A DNA stretch of 64,000 nt from Glycera tridactyla (Eukaryota). Below the pieces are notes generated by a model that was given only the letters and a program-made list of their open reading frames with translations, searched no databases and had not been told where the DNA came from. Position numbers and translations under genes: made by a program. Location: positions 22,010,001 through 22,074,000 of the forward strand of contig OZ286472.1 of assembly GCA_965644265.1 (NCBI GenBank). Reading direction: 5' to 3'. Shown one piece after another: positions 26,757 to 39,320 of this stretch; within the stretch, counting starts at the first letter, position 1, and each line of letters begins with the position of its first letter.

Positions 26757-27380
26757 ATGAAAACAAGGTGGCATTTCCTGATGCCAAATAAGATAAGTAA
26801 TCAGCCAAAATTGTACGCACAATGGGGTACAAAAACACGATCATCACTCCTCGAAATCTACAACTCCACATTAGGAGCTGAACTCATTGTTAACTCTCAA
26901 AATGAACAGGTCTCCAATGAAAAATAAACTGCTCGGTCTCAAAGTGCATGACCAATTCACAAATGAAAACAAGGTGGCATTTCCTGATGCCAAATAAGAT
27001 AAGTAATCAGCCAAAATTGTACGCACAATGGGGTACAAAAACACGATCATCACTCCTCGAAATCTACAACTCCACATTAGGAGCTGAACTCATTGTTAAC
27101 TCTCAAAATGAACAGGTCTCCAATGAAAAATAAACTGCTTGGTCTCAAAGTGCATGACCAATTCACAAATGAAAACAAGGTGGCATTTCCTGATGCCAAA
27201 TAAGATAAGTAATCAGCCAAAATTGTACGCACAATGGGGTACAAAAACACGATCATCACTCCTCGAAATCTACAACTCCACATTAGGAGCTGAACTCATT
27301 GTTAACTCTCAAAATGAACAGGTCTCCAATGAAAAATAAATTGCTCGGTCTCAAAGTGCATGACCAATTCACAAATGAAA
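26757..27380. repeat. Tandem triplication of a 206-bp unit
   Basis: atgaaaacaaggtggcatttcc... starts at 26757, 26963 and 27169, with a stub at 27375. Copies differ at only a couple of positions (aactgctcgg / aactgcttgg / aattgctcgg). Confidence 0.95.
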
Positions 27381-28221
27381 TCTTGATATAAAAGTGTCTA
27401 AAGAGATAACATAGAGAAGCATCTTTACTGACTGGCATCCACTTACTACTTGTAAAATAGACGGAAGACACAGAAACAGATCGTGAATGTTAGTTGTGAG
27501 CATCTTTACAAGATCCTGATGCTTCCAAGTTGCCTGTGCATCACTACGCATCACTAAGATAACTGATATCTTGATACTAAATCAAATGACTATGAAAGTT
27601 GTGATAGTTTGAGTGTGTAGAAGTAGGATGTGCTTCATATAGTGTAATTTCTGCCCTACCTCTAACAAATTTCAAATCAAACTATTGACAACATTACCGA
27701 TGAGTCTGCCAATAAGACAGCATGATAGTGCTACTGCTCTTACAGATAGCTGCTTCCTATGAAAAATTGATTATTCTGACGTCGTGCAGCAAATCAAAAA
27801 TTCTGATGATTGTGATCTCAGTGATCATGAAAAAAATGCAAGTATCCTGAATGGTGGCTGTAGCTATTCAATCAGATCTCATTAAGTGGTGATATCCACT
27901 AATAGTAGATTCATATTACTGTCATCATGGGACAAGAAAGCATTTTTCAAATCATTCATACGAGCAGGATTCAACTGGAATCTGTTGAGTATTGAATCAA
28001 TCTCATTATTCAGTACATTGCTTTAGCAGATAATTGTGGTTCTCTCATGATTGTTTTGCAGGTACTTGAATGCATGTCACAGAATTAGAGGGTAAAAGGG
28101 CAATATTGCATCACGTATGTGCCATCCAAGGCTTCCATATTCACCCAATATGATTTTCAAATATTTGATAACATAGAATCAGCTCAAGCCTCTTGCAGAG
28201 TATCCAAGTACGATGATATCC

Positions 28222-28385
28222 GCAGGGATGTGATTGGCTCACAACCAAAACCACCGAATTCCTGACCAGAGGCGCTTTTCACCAAGATTTTGTGGACAAG
28301 GAAACCCCCACAAACCAAGATAATAAGCAAAATCATGGTCTTTTCTGTCATATGCATGGATTGCTGCACACGGCAGGGTAGAGAG
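28222..28385. mobile_element. Interspersed repeat family B, copy 2 (internally shortened)
   Basis: Same 5' block as 25274 and 57700, and ends with catatgcatggattgctgca as in the 57700 copy. Confidence 0.7.
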
Positions 28386-28960
28386 CTACAAATCTGAACA
28401 TTAAGTTAGAGTCGAGAGGTGCAACCTGTCAGGCCATTAATCAGGCATTTAAAGTGCTGCTGACACCCAACACCCTAGTAACCAGACTAGCATCCAATAT
28501 GGCGGCTGTGTTGTATATGCTGGTTCCTGGTGGTTCAAGATATGCATCATGTCACTAAAGGCTCCCTGTAGCATGTATATGTGAGTTAGATAGATGACCC
28601 ATATGTCTGGCATGAAGATGCAGATCATCCTGGTGCCCTGGTGCTAAAAGTAGCAGCCCAGGTCATGTCATTTCCCGCCAAATGTGTGTTCTTTCTTAGG
28701 AAGCAGCATGTGGTGACTAACTCAAGTAAGCTGCAGTTTATCACCTTCTATCTGGAAACCAGTTCCATGGATTTTCCCAAGTTCATGATGGATATGTAGT
28801 GTGATATACCATGGATTGATGTACCACAGTGGATTATTCTGCTCATTAGTCTGTGAGGGACTTATCACCCCTCTAATGAGGTAGGGGTTTGACCTCTATA
28901 TGTGCTTATCAGCATAGGAATCACCAAGGCATGGGGGCCTGTAACCCTTCACTGGTCATA

Positions 28961-29136
28961 CAGTGAAACCTGCGACAAGAGACCACCCTAAATGACACAA
29001 AAAAGCGGTCTCTCAAAAGAGGTGGTCTCTTGTCGAAGGTATATTTGACTTGGTCAAACAGAAAAGCTGTCTTGCAAAAGCGGTCTCCCGTCGGAGATGG
29101 TCTCTCGTCGGAGGTCTCTCGTCGCAGGTTTCACTG
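28961..29136. mobile_element. Tc1/mariner-type MITE (176 bp, young)
   Basis: TA flanks. TIR CAGTGAAACCTGCGAC(A/G)AGAGACC, 23/24 match. Internal tttgacttggtcaaa palindrome. Confidence 0.92.
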
Positions 29137-29350
29137 TATAAACTCTTTACTATCACTGATACATTCACTTTTATACATCATGGAATGGATTCATCCTCGT
29201 GGAACAATATTCCAAGTATGCCCATATGCAAATTCCACTGAGTAGGTAAGCTAGCAAATCTATTTCATCACTTAGCTCAATCTGCAATCATAGATTAGGA
29301 GTACAATGTGAAATCTTGCTTTTCCTACTGCTGGTTGACAGATGTTACTA

Positions 29351-29528
29351 CAGTGAAACCTGTCTTGGGATACCCCTCTCTGGGGAGACCACCCTCTAAT
29401 GGGTGACCGCTATTTACCAGTTCTTCTCTATTTGACATAGTCAAATATACCTCCAATGAGAGACCACCTGTCTTGAGAGACCACTTTTCCTTGGCATTTG
29501 GGGCAGTCTCCCGAGACAGGTTTTACTG
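29351..29528. mobile_element. Tc1/mariner-type MITE (178 bp)
   Basis: TA flanks. TIR CAGTGAAACCTGTCTTGGGA versus CAGTAAAACCTGTCTCGGGA (18/20). Paralog at 11544. Confidence 0.9.
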
Positions 29529-30399
29529 TAGCTCCAACAGTTATGAAACAGTGGAAAATATACGATTACTGAGAATTTAGGATCATCCAGGATAGTAATC
29601 ACTATGATAAATGACTAGAAGATTTGAGACAAGGTTCCGATATTTGCTTGCTGTTTATTAGTTCGAAAATAAATGAGCAGAATAAAACTTTGCCATTGGC
29701 TGTTGCCAAGACTCTTACTAAATCCAAAACTTGGATAATTTAGGATATTCATGGAACCGAAGCCGCTGTATGATGAGTCAAAGAAGGACATCCAAATCAT
29801 AGAAATAGCTATGTGGTAAAGACATAATTCTTGAGTTGTATTTGCCACATTACTGTTATAGAGAATTCTTTCTGATTTTAATCCTACATTTTCAATTACA
29901 ATGTCTTCATAAGTCATTTGTACAATTGATTATTGCTACCTGATGTTTAGATTCCCATCCTGTGGGTGAAAGTTATTGAATTTATGATGCATACTTTATA
30001 CTGGTTTGTGGGGTGGAGTGGGTGCATGTCTGTCACACGGGCAGGGTGGCGGGGTGATGGTGAACAGATGTGCGCTCCCTCCCCCCTCCTCCTGACTGGA
30101 ACTAAATGATACCGGGGTAAACCACCGTGTGCATCTTTTATCGAAAACCAACAAATCCGCAGAACTGGGGAACAATCACATGCCTGTATCAGGCGATCCT
30201 CTGACTGAGAGTTCATCATATACAAGAGGTCAGAGTTTCATACAGAATAGGTTCTGGGAACATGTGGAATATTTGGTACCCTAAAATGTAAATCTGTATG
30301 AGCTTGCCGATGATTTCAGTATTTTGAGGGATATAATTCAGTAGCGGAATCTGCATAATTATGCCGAGTTGCCTGAGTAGTAGAGGGGGCATGAACAGC

Positions 30400-30979
30400 A
30401 TGCAGCATTCACAATATACAATACGATGCTGACCACAATAGTAAGAGGCACACCATCAGTATGAGGGTAAAAATGATGAAGATGAATGACGAGATTTTAG
30501 AAACCAGGGTGGTGATGATATTGATGAGGGAGATGGCATCATTCTCTTGGTTATAGCAATGAGGTAGTGGTGATGAGATGATAGCGGTGGTTGTCATGAC
30601 AGCACTGATGTGATGGTCACTGTGCTGTCACCATGAACAAGGTGGCATCATCTGGTATCTAGTTGAGATGATGGTGGTGTGTTTTATTAGTCTGAGGAAA
30701 TGTAAGACAAGGATAGTCTATTCACATTGCTGGTTGACGATGATGAAGATGATGATGACAATAAGGATGGTGATGAGGATGACGATAACAGTGAATTTGA
30801 CGATGATGATCTCACAGATGAAGATGATGATAAGGAGAATGACAATGACATTGCCAATTGATGGTGCTGATGATAATCATAGTGGTGACCCAGATAAAGG
30901 TAATAATGACGATGTTAATGATGATGTCAACGGTAGTGATGATGAGGAAATTAGGATGATAATGAGGATGGTGACCCCA

Positions 30980-31017
<38 letters not shown>

Positions 31018-31250
31018 AGTGATGATGAACATGGGAATGATATTGAGATGACTTATCTACAATAGTATGGAGCAGAATGATGCAGAGTTAATATTATATG
31101 TAGATTATTCACATCCCATCATCATAATCAGTGCCAGTTAGTGTTTTAACTTGTTATGATAACCGCAAAATAGCAACACCATCATCAGCAAGAGCAGCAG
31201 AGATAGTAGCAGCAAGCCCTTCATCCACTACAACAATCAATCAAATCATT
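30400..31250. repeat. Degenerate (GAT)n low-complexity region with a pure run at about 30981-31017
   Basis: Direct inspection. The Asp-, Met- or His-rich ORFs here are broken by stops and frameshifts. Confidence 0.85.
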
Positions 31251-32208
31251 CACCTACACTGCTCAAAGCCATCACTTGTTGTGGAATGTTTGCAATTTTC
31301 GATATTCAAAAGCTTCAAGGCTTTTATGAACAATGCTCAGAAATGGAAAATTATACAAACTTGTGGCAGCTCAGATTCTGAGCAATATCCAGCAATGATG
31401 ATGACAAAAAATTGTCATTCATCATTCATCGGCGAAATTTTGGAGTAAGATACGAGTGTGAAAATTTGAGAAATTTATACAATGAATGACATGATCAATC
31501 ATAAAACAAAAATAGTTATATTTCTCTCTCAAACACATCGCAATTGAAAGAAGGCAGCTCAGCTCATTCAACCAGCTTATAATAGCCTGGCCTTCTTTGA
31601 TTTACCATGATTAGAAAATGATCACTCCAATCACACTAGGGAAGTTTTCTCTTGTGTGATGAACATTTGTATCATGACCTCTTATTTTTCAAGTATTTGT
31701 GAGAATAATAATGAAGTGGTGGTAACGAGTCAATACTTCCTCGATTTTCACAAATGTTTGCCACTATACCAGCCTCAAAACGAAAACCATCGAAAATTCA
31801 AATGGGATCGCCATCAGCATGGAATATCAATACAACGTTTTTGGAATTACACTTCTTCATTGCTGGATGTGAAGCCATCGACAAGTTTTATTGGACACCC
31901 AACTCTCTATCATGTTTTCAACTTCCAAGTAGGATGAGTGGAATATTGAGATTTGAAACTGACTCGTTACTGGAATCATGATTGATTGAGCAGTAGCTGT
32001 GGTGAGAAAGTTTATTCAAAGCAATAGATACAATGAAAGGACAATGACCATGCTAGAATTTGTTCAAAAGCTTCTCACAACTAGTTAAACGCCCATATAA
32101 ACAGACCAAAAGATGACAGCAGAGTATTAGGAAAGATTATTGATGTGTTTGAGAGAGAAATCTGACAAGATCCTGTTATTAACGGTAGGAAGGGTTTTGG
32201 TGCAACAC

Positions 32209-35200
32209 CTAGTGCTCTGTTGAATCCCTAGGTGGCACTCTTGGTGACTGCTGAGAAGTGCCACCTGGCTGATTGTCAGTTTGCAAGTCTGCATATGGGT
32301 TACTATAAAAATGGCCTGTAGGCGAGACTGTTGTGTTCTCGTACATATGGCCATTAGATGACTCAGGTTTCTCCAATGGGATGGGAGGAATATTGTGCCG
32401 GGCAAGATGTCTACCGACAACACCCGGTGCAAGCTCCTCAAAATCCTCACTGGAGCTTGATTCTGAGTCAGTATCATGACTAGCAGTTGAATCAACTGAA
32501 AGACGTTGTTCTAACCGCTCTAGCGGCTCCAACATGTCTTCTGTATCCATACTGCCCTCGTGATTATCCTCACTACTTGAATCATCTGAATCATCCATTC
32601 CAACTGTCTCGTAAGAACCCCTCACTGCACCAGTATCCGACTCCAGCATACTACCATATTCACTCGACACAGTACCACCAACGGCTTCTTCATATATTGG
32701 AGGAGGCGGAGGAGGTGGGTCAAAATCCTCACTAGGGGTTCTAACCATGTAGGGATTAGCAAATACATTAGCCTGAAGTATCTGAGCAGGATCATCAAGA
32801 TCCTCACCTAAATAGTGTTCCATGTCACTCTCTTCGGAAGAGATGTCATGTTTTGGTGGAGGCGGTGGTGGTGGTAGTTTTGTTTTGTCCGGGGCACCCT
32901 CATTCTCTGAGCTAGATGAATCAAAACTATCACCATCAGCTCGACTATGATTGAGTGATGAGTCTAGTTCACTCAGGATGGGCTCATTCTCAGCTAAGAG
33001 CTTAAGACTATCTTCTTCATCTTCAATATTAACCTCAAACTGTGCCTCAAACTCATCAATGGTAGGCAGATCATCATTTGTGGGTAATTCTACATCACTC
33101 TCTGATGAGATATCATGAAGCAGTGGTGGTGGTGGTGGCGGAGGGGGTAAATCTAGACTTTCTGAACTCTTATTTGGTGAATCAGGCAACAGCTCAATTT
33201 CGTCATCAGCTTCAAGATTTTGTTCAAACTTCATCTCAAATGCATCCAGATCAGAGAGTTCATAATCTGGTGGCACTTCAACAAGGTCATCATCATCAGA
33301 GGAAATATCATGAAGAGGAAGAGGAAATTCAGCTTCTGACTTTGCCTGATTTGCATTGAATTTTTCATCACTGATTTTAGGCTCACCTTCACTGAGAAAA
33401 TCGTCTGAGAAATCATCCTGCTCTGCACCTAAGGCCTCTAACTTATCTTCAATAGAATCAATATCCTCTGACTTACTTCGATCAGAAACAAATGCTGTAC
33501 CATCAGACATATTGAGATCATCTACTTGTCGAGATTCTTCACTCTGGATACTTCGAATATCATCAGAGAAATCATCCTGCTCAGCGCCAGCAGCCTGGAG
33601 CCTCTCTTCTATTGTCTTCTCAAATTCATCACTGGCTGCGCTGGAGGCAAAATCACTTGGAGATTCAATACGAACTTCAACTGGTGGTGGCGGTGGTAAT
33701 GGTGGAGATAGTGGTGGGGGTGGAGTGTGGGATGGTACTGGAGTTTTTACTTCTACTTCTTCCTCTGTCATTTCATCTGATGAAGAGGAAGAGGAAGGTA
33801 ATCTCATAACTCGACTAGTACGCGGACTAGGTTCTTCCTCATCTGCGAATGGAAAATCTTGTTGCGATAGACGGAATGCTACACTCTCTACATCAATGGG
33901 CTGCTTCTTTTTGGAAGGACAATCGCCACTAGAGTCTGAACTAGTTGAATCACGCTGTCCATCGATGATGTTATCATGTTTCTTGTTACGAAGCTTGACC
34001 CGCTTTTCTTCGCGATCAGACTCCATACTTGTATCAGATTCTGTAGTGGTGAGATCTTCTAATACAGCTTTCGGTGGCATGAGTGACTTCGGAGGGGTGG
34101 GTGCAGGTGGTGGCGGTGGAGGTTGTTTTCTTGATGGCGATTTTGGATGCTTCACAATCTGTGACATCTTTGTTTCGATATCCTCATCCTCTTCATCTTT
34201 CATTGAGGACGTTCTTGACCCTCGTGATCCTTGCTCTTCAAAATCAATCCGATCCTGTTTTCGCAAAGGCTTTGGTGGTGGTATATTGCTGCTACACTGT
34301 GAGATAGAATCCTCCGATATGATATAAGAATCTCTGACAACAGGTGGTGGTGTTACATTAACTTCTTGAATAGGTGGCAGTGGAGATCTTGTATCACGGG
34401 GTGGTGGTGATCTGGACCGGTCAAACTCCTGGACAGGTGAATGCAGTGGTGATGTTTCCCTTACTGGGGAGTGCGGTGGACTAGGCATCTGTCTGACTGG
34501 TGAGCTTGTGGATCTGGAGTCTCTTATTGGTGACTGTCTTGACTGAGGCACATCCCGGACTGGTGAAGAAGGTGGGGACCTGAGAGGTGAATATCGTGGT
34601 GGCTCTTCTCTGACAGGAGACTGACGTGGAGACTGCTCTTTGACCGATGACCTTCTTGGTGGCTGTTCTTTGACTGGAGACTGACGTGGAGACTGTTCTT
34701 TGATGGGTGACCTTCGTGGTGGCTGCTCTTTGATGGGTGACCTTCGTGGTGGGGACTCTCTGACAGGTGACTGACGTGGCGGGGTGTCCCGGACTGGTGA
34801 CCGGTGTGGTGGGGCCTCTATGGTAGGTGACCGATGTGATTGCTGCTCTTTGACTGGTGATTGAACTGGTGACTGATGCGAAGGCTGCATTTCTTTTACT
34901 GGCAGTGACGATGGCTTGCTCCTAACTTCTTTCTGAGGCAGTATTTCAGTCTCCATGTACACTTTATCTGGGGACTTTGTTTTGACCGGACTACGGGATG
35001 ACCTTGATGGGGACTCTTGTGGGCTCTCGGTAACATTTGCCTGTTTCTGGATGGATTTATCTTCCCTGCTGCGATGACGTATTCTCTCTTCATGCTTGTG
35101 TTGAATATGAGCAGATATTTCTTTTTCAAGAGATGGACTTATTGAATCATCGGCACTTGAGTAACTATTGACAGGAGGCAATTTATTATAACGAACATAA

Positions 35201-36244
35201 TCTACAGCACGCCGCGGTGATTTATCGCGATTTTTGGCAACAGGAATAATTGGACTGGACAGATTGGTCTTTATTCTGTCCAGCTCAGCTTTCTGTTGCT
35301 CACGAGTTAATCTGGTTGGTTGATAAGTGGATACATGTTTCAATGGCGGTGATAACGGCGTGTGAACCTGATTTGCATCCTTTTCAATGTGACGCCGATG
35401 CAAAACATACGGTATTGCATCGACCTCATCAGGCGTTTTCGCTTCGGTGCTATCAGGGGAGGATGCCCCATTCATCTTGACGTCAGCGGGGGAGGGGTCT
35501 TCATGTTGGACAACATTTCCATTGGGAACACTCTCAACATACACATCATTCACACTTCTCTCTCGCTCTCCCTCATCCTTTTGCTCATGTCCCTCAACCT
35601 TCTCACCGGCTTCTATCTGCTCAACTAAATCCCTAATCCCCAGCCTCTCTAATCTGGCTTCTTCCTCCAATCTCTCACACTCTTTTTCTATAGCCAACTC
35701 TTGCATCAATTTATCTTCATCTATATGCAAGACAGTATCAAGAACTTCATCTTCCGATTGATCATCGGCAAAATCTTGACTTAGATGGTAGGAATCATGT
35801 GAGATATTATCATCATTGTCATTTGCATTTTGATCGACCAGTTGGCCGGCGGCATCATAACTAAGCTGATAATAAGAATAATGAAAATCATCAGTGGCAC
35901 CTTTTTGATCGACATGGTTGTCATGGTGATGACCCCTCATGCGCTCATCCTCCTCATCATCAAGCCATTCTTCGCTACCCGATGGTGCTGAGAAGTCGCG
36001 ATCCCGGTCTTTTTTAGGAGAATTTATTGACCTACTTCCACTCTGAGAGCTGTCATCGTGCACTTCGGCGGTTTCGACTCGCATGGCATCACCGTCACGT
36101 GTAATGTTCATATCCAAGGTATGGCTGCCACTAGAAGTGCTCGTGTTATGGCCACCAAAGTGAATATCACGTGAGTTTAATGTGCTCGTGTTGGGCGTCG
36201 CTCCATGACTACGACTAACGGACATTCGACCCATGCTTGTCGTC
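32209..36244 (-). CDS. Cdep/FARP: Giant (4036-nt) exon of the FARP/Cdep-like gene, open to a TAG stop; encodes about 1344 aa of acidic, Ser/Pro-rich disordered sequence
   Basis: Acceptor ttattatctggttgcag|G at 36245/36244. The first base completes the CG left by the FA exon (FER|TTSMGRMSVSRS...). 1345 codons without an internal stop in AT-rich DNA. Ends ...VPPRDSTEH-TAG at 32211-32209. Confidence 0.88.
34591..34860 (-). repeat. Coding minisatellite, 9 x 30 nt (SPxK/R decapeptides) inside the giant exon
   Basis: SPVKEQQSHR SPTIEAPPHR SPVRDTPPRQ SPVRESPPRR SPIKEQPPRR SPIKEQSPRQ SPVKEQPPRR SSVKEQSPRQ SPVREEPPRY spans exactly 270 nt. Confidence 0.92.
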
Positions 36245-38438
36245 CTGCAACCAGATAATAAATTACAATCAGCAAATTCATCAAAAACTACAAACTTGAA
36301 TGAAATATAAGATGGAAAGAATCCAAATTCAGTTATCTACAAAGGTCTTCCTCGTTAGTTGGTGATACAACCTGTAAAGAGTTCATTGATCTTGTAGTGC
36401 ATGTACATCCATAAGTAGTCTTTCTCAAAGATTGGTGATCATTAGACAAATAATCAATAGCAACCCAGATGGATAAATTTTGACCTACATCCATAACATT
36501 CACTCTTGATAGCAAAGGTTCACTTGGCCAATCTTTCAGAAGCCCCTTACCATTTCCATTGATGAATCTCAAGATGAGACTGTATCCAACTTGTTAATAT
36601 CCCAACAAAGTTATCATTGACAAATCAAACCCCCATGGCAACACGATAACATTCAAAACAATGTGTATATTTCCACATCAAGGAATGCATGAATGTATTT
36701 TAATCTACTGATGCATTCTGATCTGGGTATGAGTCAAAGACCTGAAAAAGAAAGTGATTATCATGGACGGCTCAGTGATGAATGGTAGAGATAAAGTATG
36801 CAAACTTGAATAGTCATCATCTTCTGAATATATAAACTATTAAGGCTAATGTAACATATGTCAGTTGAGAGTTACCATCTTTGAGGCGTTGCTATACATA
36901 AAGTACGAACGTGGACCATCTTTGAAGGCCAAAAAACAAGCAAGCTGGAGAGGATTGACCTCGGACCAACACCTTCATATTTTGGCGACACTATGAATAC
37001 CTTGGACATCAATCAAAATAAGACCTTTTGGCAGCATGAAGGGAGAAACTTTTCATTTGAGGGATTTCCGAAAAACCATCCACAATTGCTAATTACAGTG
37101 ACCTCAAACAACAAAATGGGATAACTAATGACCTGCTCATGTTGCACTATTTATCAATCCGGAACTGATAAGGAACACATGGTAAAAGCTGAATGATATA
37201 CCAATTGTTGGAACAAAATTATCCAAGAAAGAAGTATGAAAGTATTCTCAGGAGACAATATTCACCTCCTGGAAAATTCTGCAAATTATCAGAAATAAGC
37301 ATTATCATCAAAACGACTAGTTATATCAACACTATAATATAATAATGGCCTATTCCATACAGGAACACAGCTCACTGAAGCTTGTGTCTGGATGAACAAA
37401 GAATTTATAATACTGAATGTCGCCTTTAAATTTCTGGTTCAGAAATTGCAAGAGCATTATGCTTTTCAATTTTTGGAAACTTGAGCCAATAGATTCATTG
37501 CCTCAACCTCTTTGACAAATTTTTCCAACAAAGATCATGAATGCTGCATTGAAAGGGTCAAGAAAGCAACTGGATACATCTGACACCTGTGAAGGAGAGG
37601 TGCAGTTCCTCAATATGATGTGAATCAATGAACTTTGTGATTGGCTAAATCCAGAACATCAGTTTCCTCAAAGTGAATGACACAAATACGATGAACCAAC
37701 ACGAGAGTGAGTTCGTGAAACCAGCAAACCGAGGATCAATTTTGGAAACTCTGGGTACGACTGGAAAAATCGCCATTTTCTGAAGAAAAAAAAATAGTGG
37801 AGCATTTGGAATAAGAACCTGAGAATACATATCAAGAGCTCACCCCATTCAAGTATAGGGAATCCGGGATGGATTAGAAATGACCATTTCTCAAAAAGCA
37901 TATTTACCACAATCATCTAAAATTTTGATCTTCAATAGGGGCACTTATTGTGGCCACCAACAATATTATGAAAACATACACATATTCAATTCAATTACAG
38001 ACAGTTCTGGATATTCAGGGATTCTTGTTTTCCTCGAAATTGCTCTGAAATGCAGCAGGCATACAACACAATCTTGTCATTATTCACAGTCAAATCAGAT
38101 ACTTCATAATCTCTACATCCTCCTGGACATTCATGAAAATATACAATCACATTTGGTGTTATTTCATTACAGATCTATTTTATCATTGGCTCACTACACA
38201 TGCATCATTATTCCATTATTTGTTAACTGTTGGCATGTCCAAATCACAGCACAAGATGCTGATAGGTCATTCACACAAAGTGTGAATTGAAGACCTTTCT
38301 GGGGAAAAGGGCTATAACATCATGGTTCCAGCAGGAAAGACATAGGTCTTTCTTACTTTTGATGGCCAAATTGTTCTCGTACAAATAAATGTGAAAACAT
38401 GAATCAATGGGAGAATGGAACAAAGTGTGACCACAATA

Positions 38439-38570
38439 CAATGAAACCTGTGATGAGTCTGCTGTCATCAAAATGAGGTCTTTCAAAAGAGGTGGTCTCT
38501 AAAACCGAAAAGGAAGCTGCCCTTGAAACATGGTCTCTTGTCAGGGGGCCTCTCATCACAGGTTTCACTG
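38439..38570. mobile_element. Tc1/mariner-type MITE (132 bp)
   Basis: TA flanks. TIR CA(A/G)TGAAACCTGTGATGAG, 18/19 match. Confidence 0.85.
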
Positions 38571-38834
38571 TATATTGAAAATGACGGCAACGATTATTGA
38601 GGGAAAGCTTTGCACTAGTCCATATAATGAGGGATTTTCCATGTGATAATATAAATGACCTGGGATACACCTACATGCAACAAGGACAATAACAAGAGAC
38701 CAACTATACTCCGTTCACCTAATTTAGTGTAATACCTGTTATGAACGATTCCTCTATCAGCAAGTACCTGTCAGTAATGATGAGCAGCATATAGATGCTG
38801 TAAAATCCAAGTGTGCCCATCAAACGATGATCAA

Positions 38835-39095
38835 ATTGATTGATTGATTTACGTTTGACGGAAAGTACCAACGCAGAGGATTATGTATGCCATGTGTTCC
38901 TGGTCAATGAACGCTGGATGTTCTGTCCCCTGCAGACATCACTGACACAAACCCTGAATACAAGCTGATGGGGCGCCTAAAAGGTTTTCCATTGGAAGTA
39001 GCTGACACTTCAGACACACCTCTACCCACTCAGCATGGACATATCAAACCTATTAATAGCATATCTAACTATATAACTGGCTGGGAAAAGATGAT
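38835..39095 (-). mobile_element. SINE-like family A, near full-length copy
   Basis: ttgattgattgattt tail, then family core through cagcatggacatatcaaacct. Confidence 0.7.
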
Positions 39096-39149
39096 CAGAT
39101 CAGCAATGGTGACTTGAATGTGTGAAACATATCCATCACATCTGATAAT

Positions 39150-39320
39150 GGGAGCTGTATGGTCTGTCCCCTGCAGGCATCACTCACACAACCCCCGAAC
39201 ACAAGATGGTGCAGAACCAGAGATTGTAAAGTAGTAGATGCTGACAGTTCAGACACACCTCTACCTGCCTAATATAATCTTGATAAACCTACAAATGGCA
39301 TATCTAATGATCTGAGTGGG
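39150..39320 (-). mobile_element. SINE-like family A, copy adjacent to 38835
   Basis: tgtcccctgcaggcatcactcacacaacc...gctgacagttcagacacacctctacc. Confidence 0.7.

Noticed and set aside
30668-31051. Poly-Met/Asp ORF
   Set aside because: Product of the degenerate (GAT)n repeat; the frame shifts between registers.
33356-34327. 323-aa plus-strand ORF (Ser/Gly-rich)
   Set aside because: Antisense shadow of the giant exon, whose codon usage suppresses stops on the other strand. No independent evidence.
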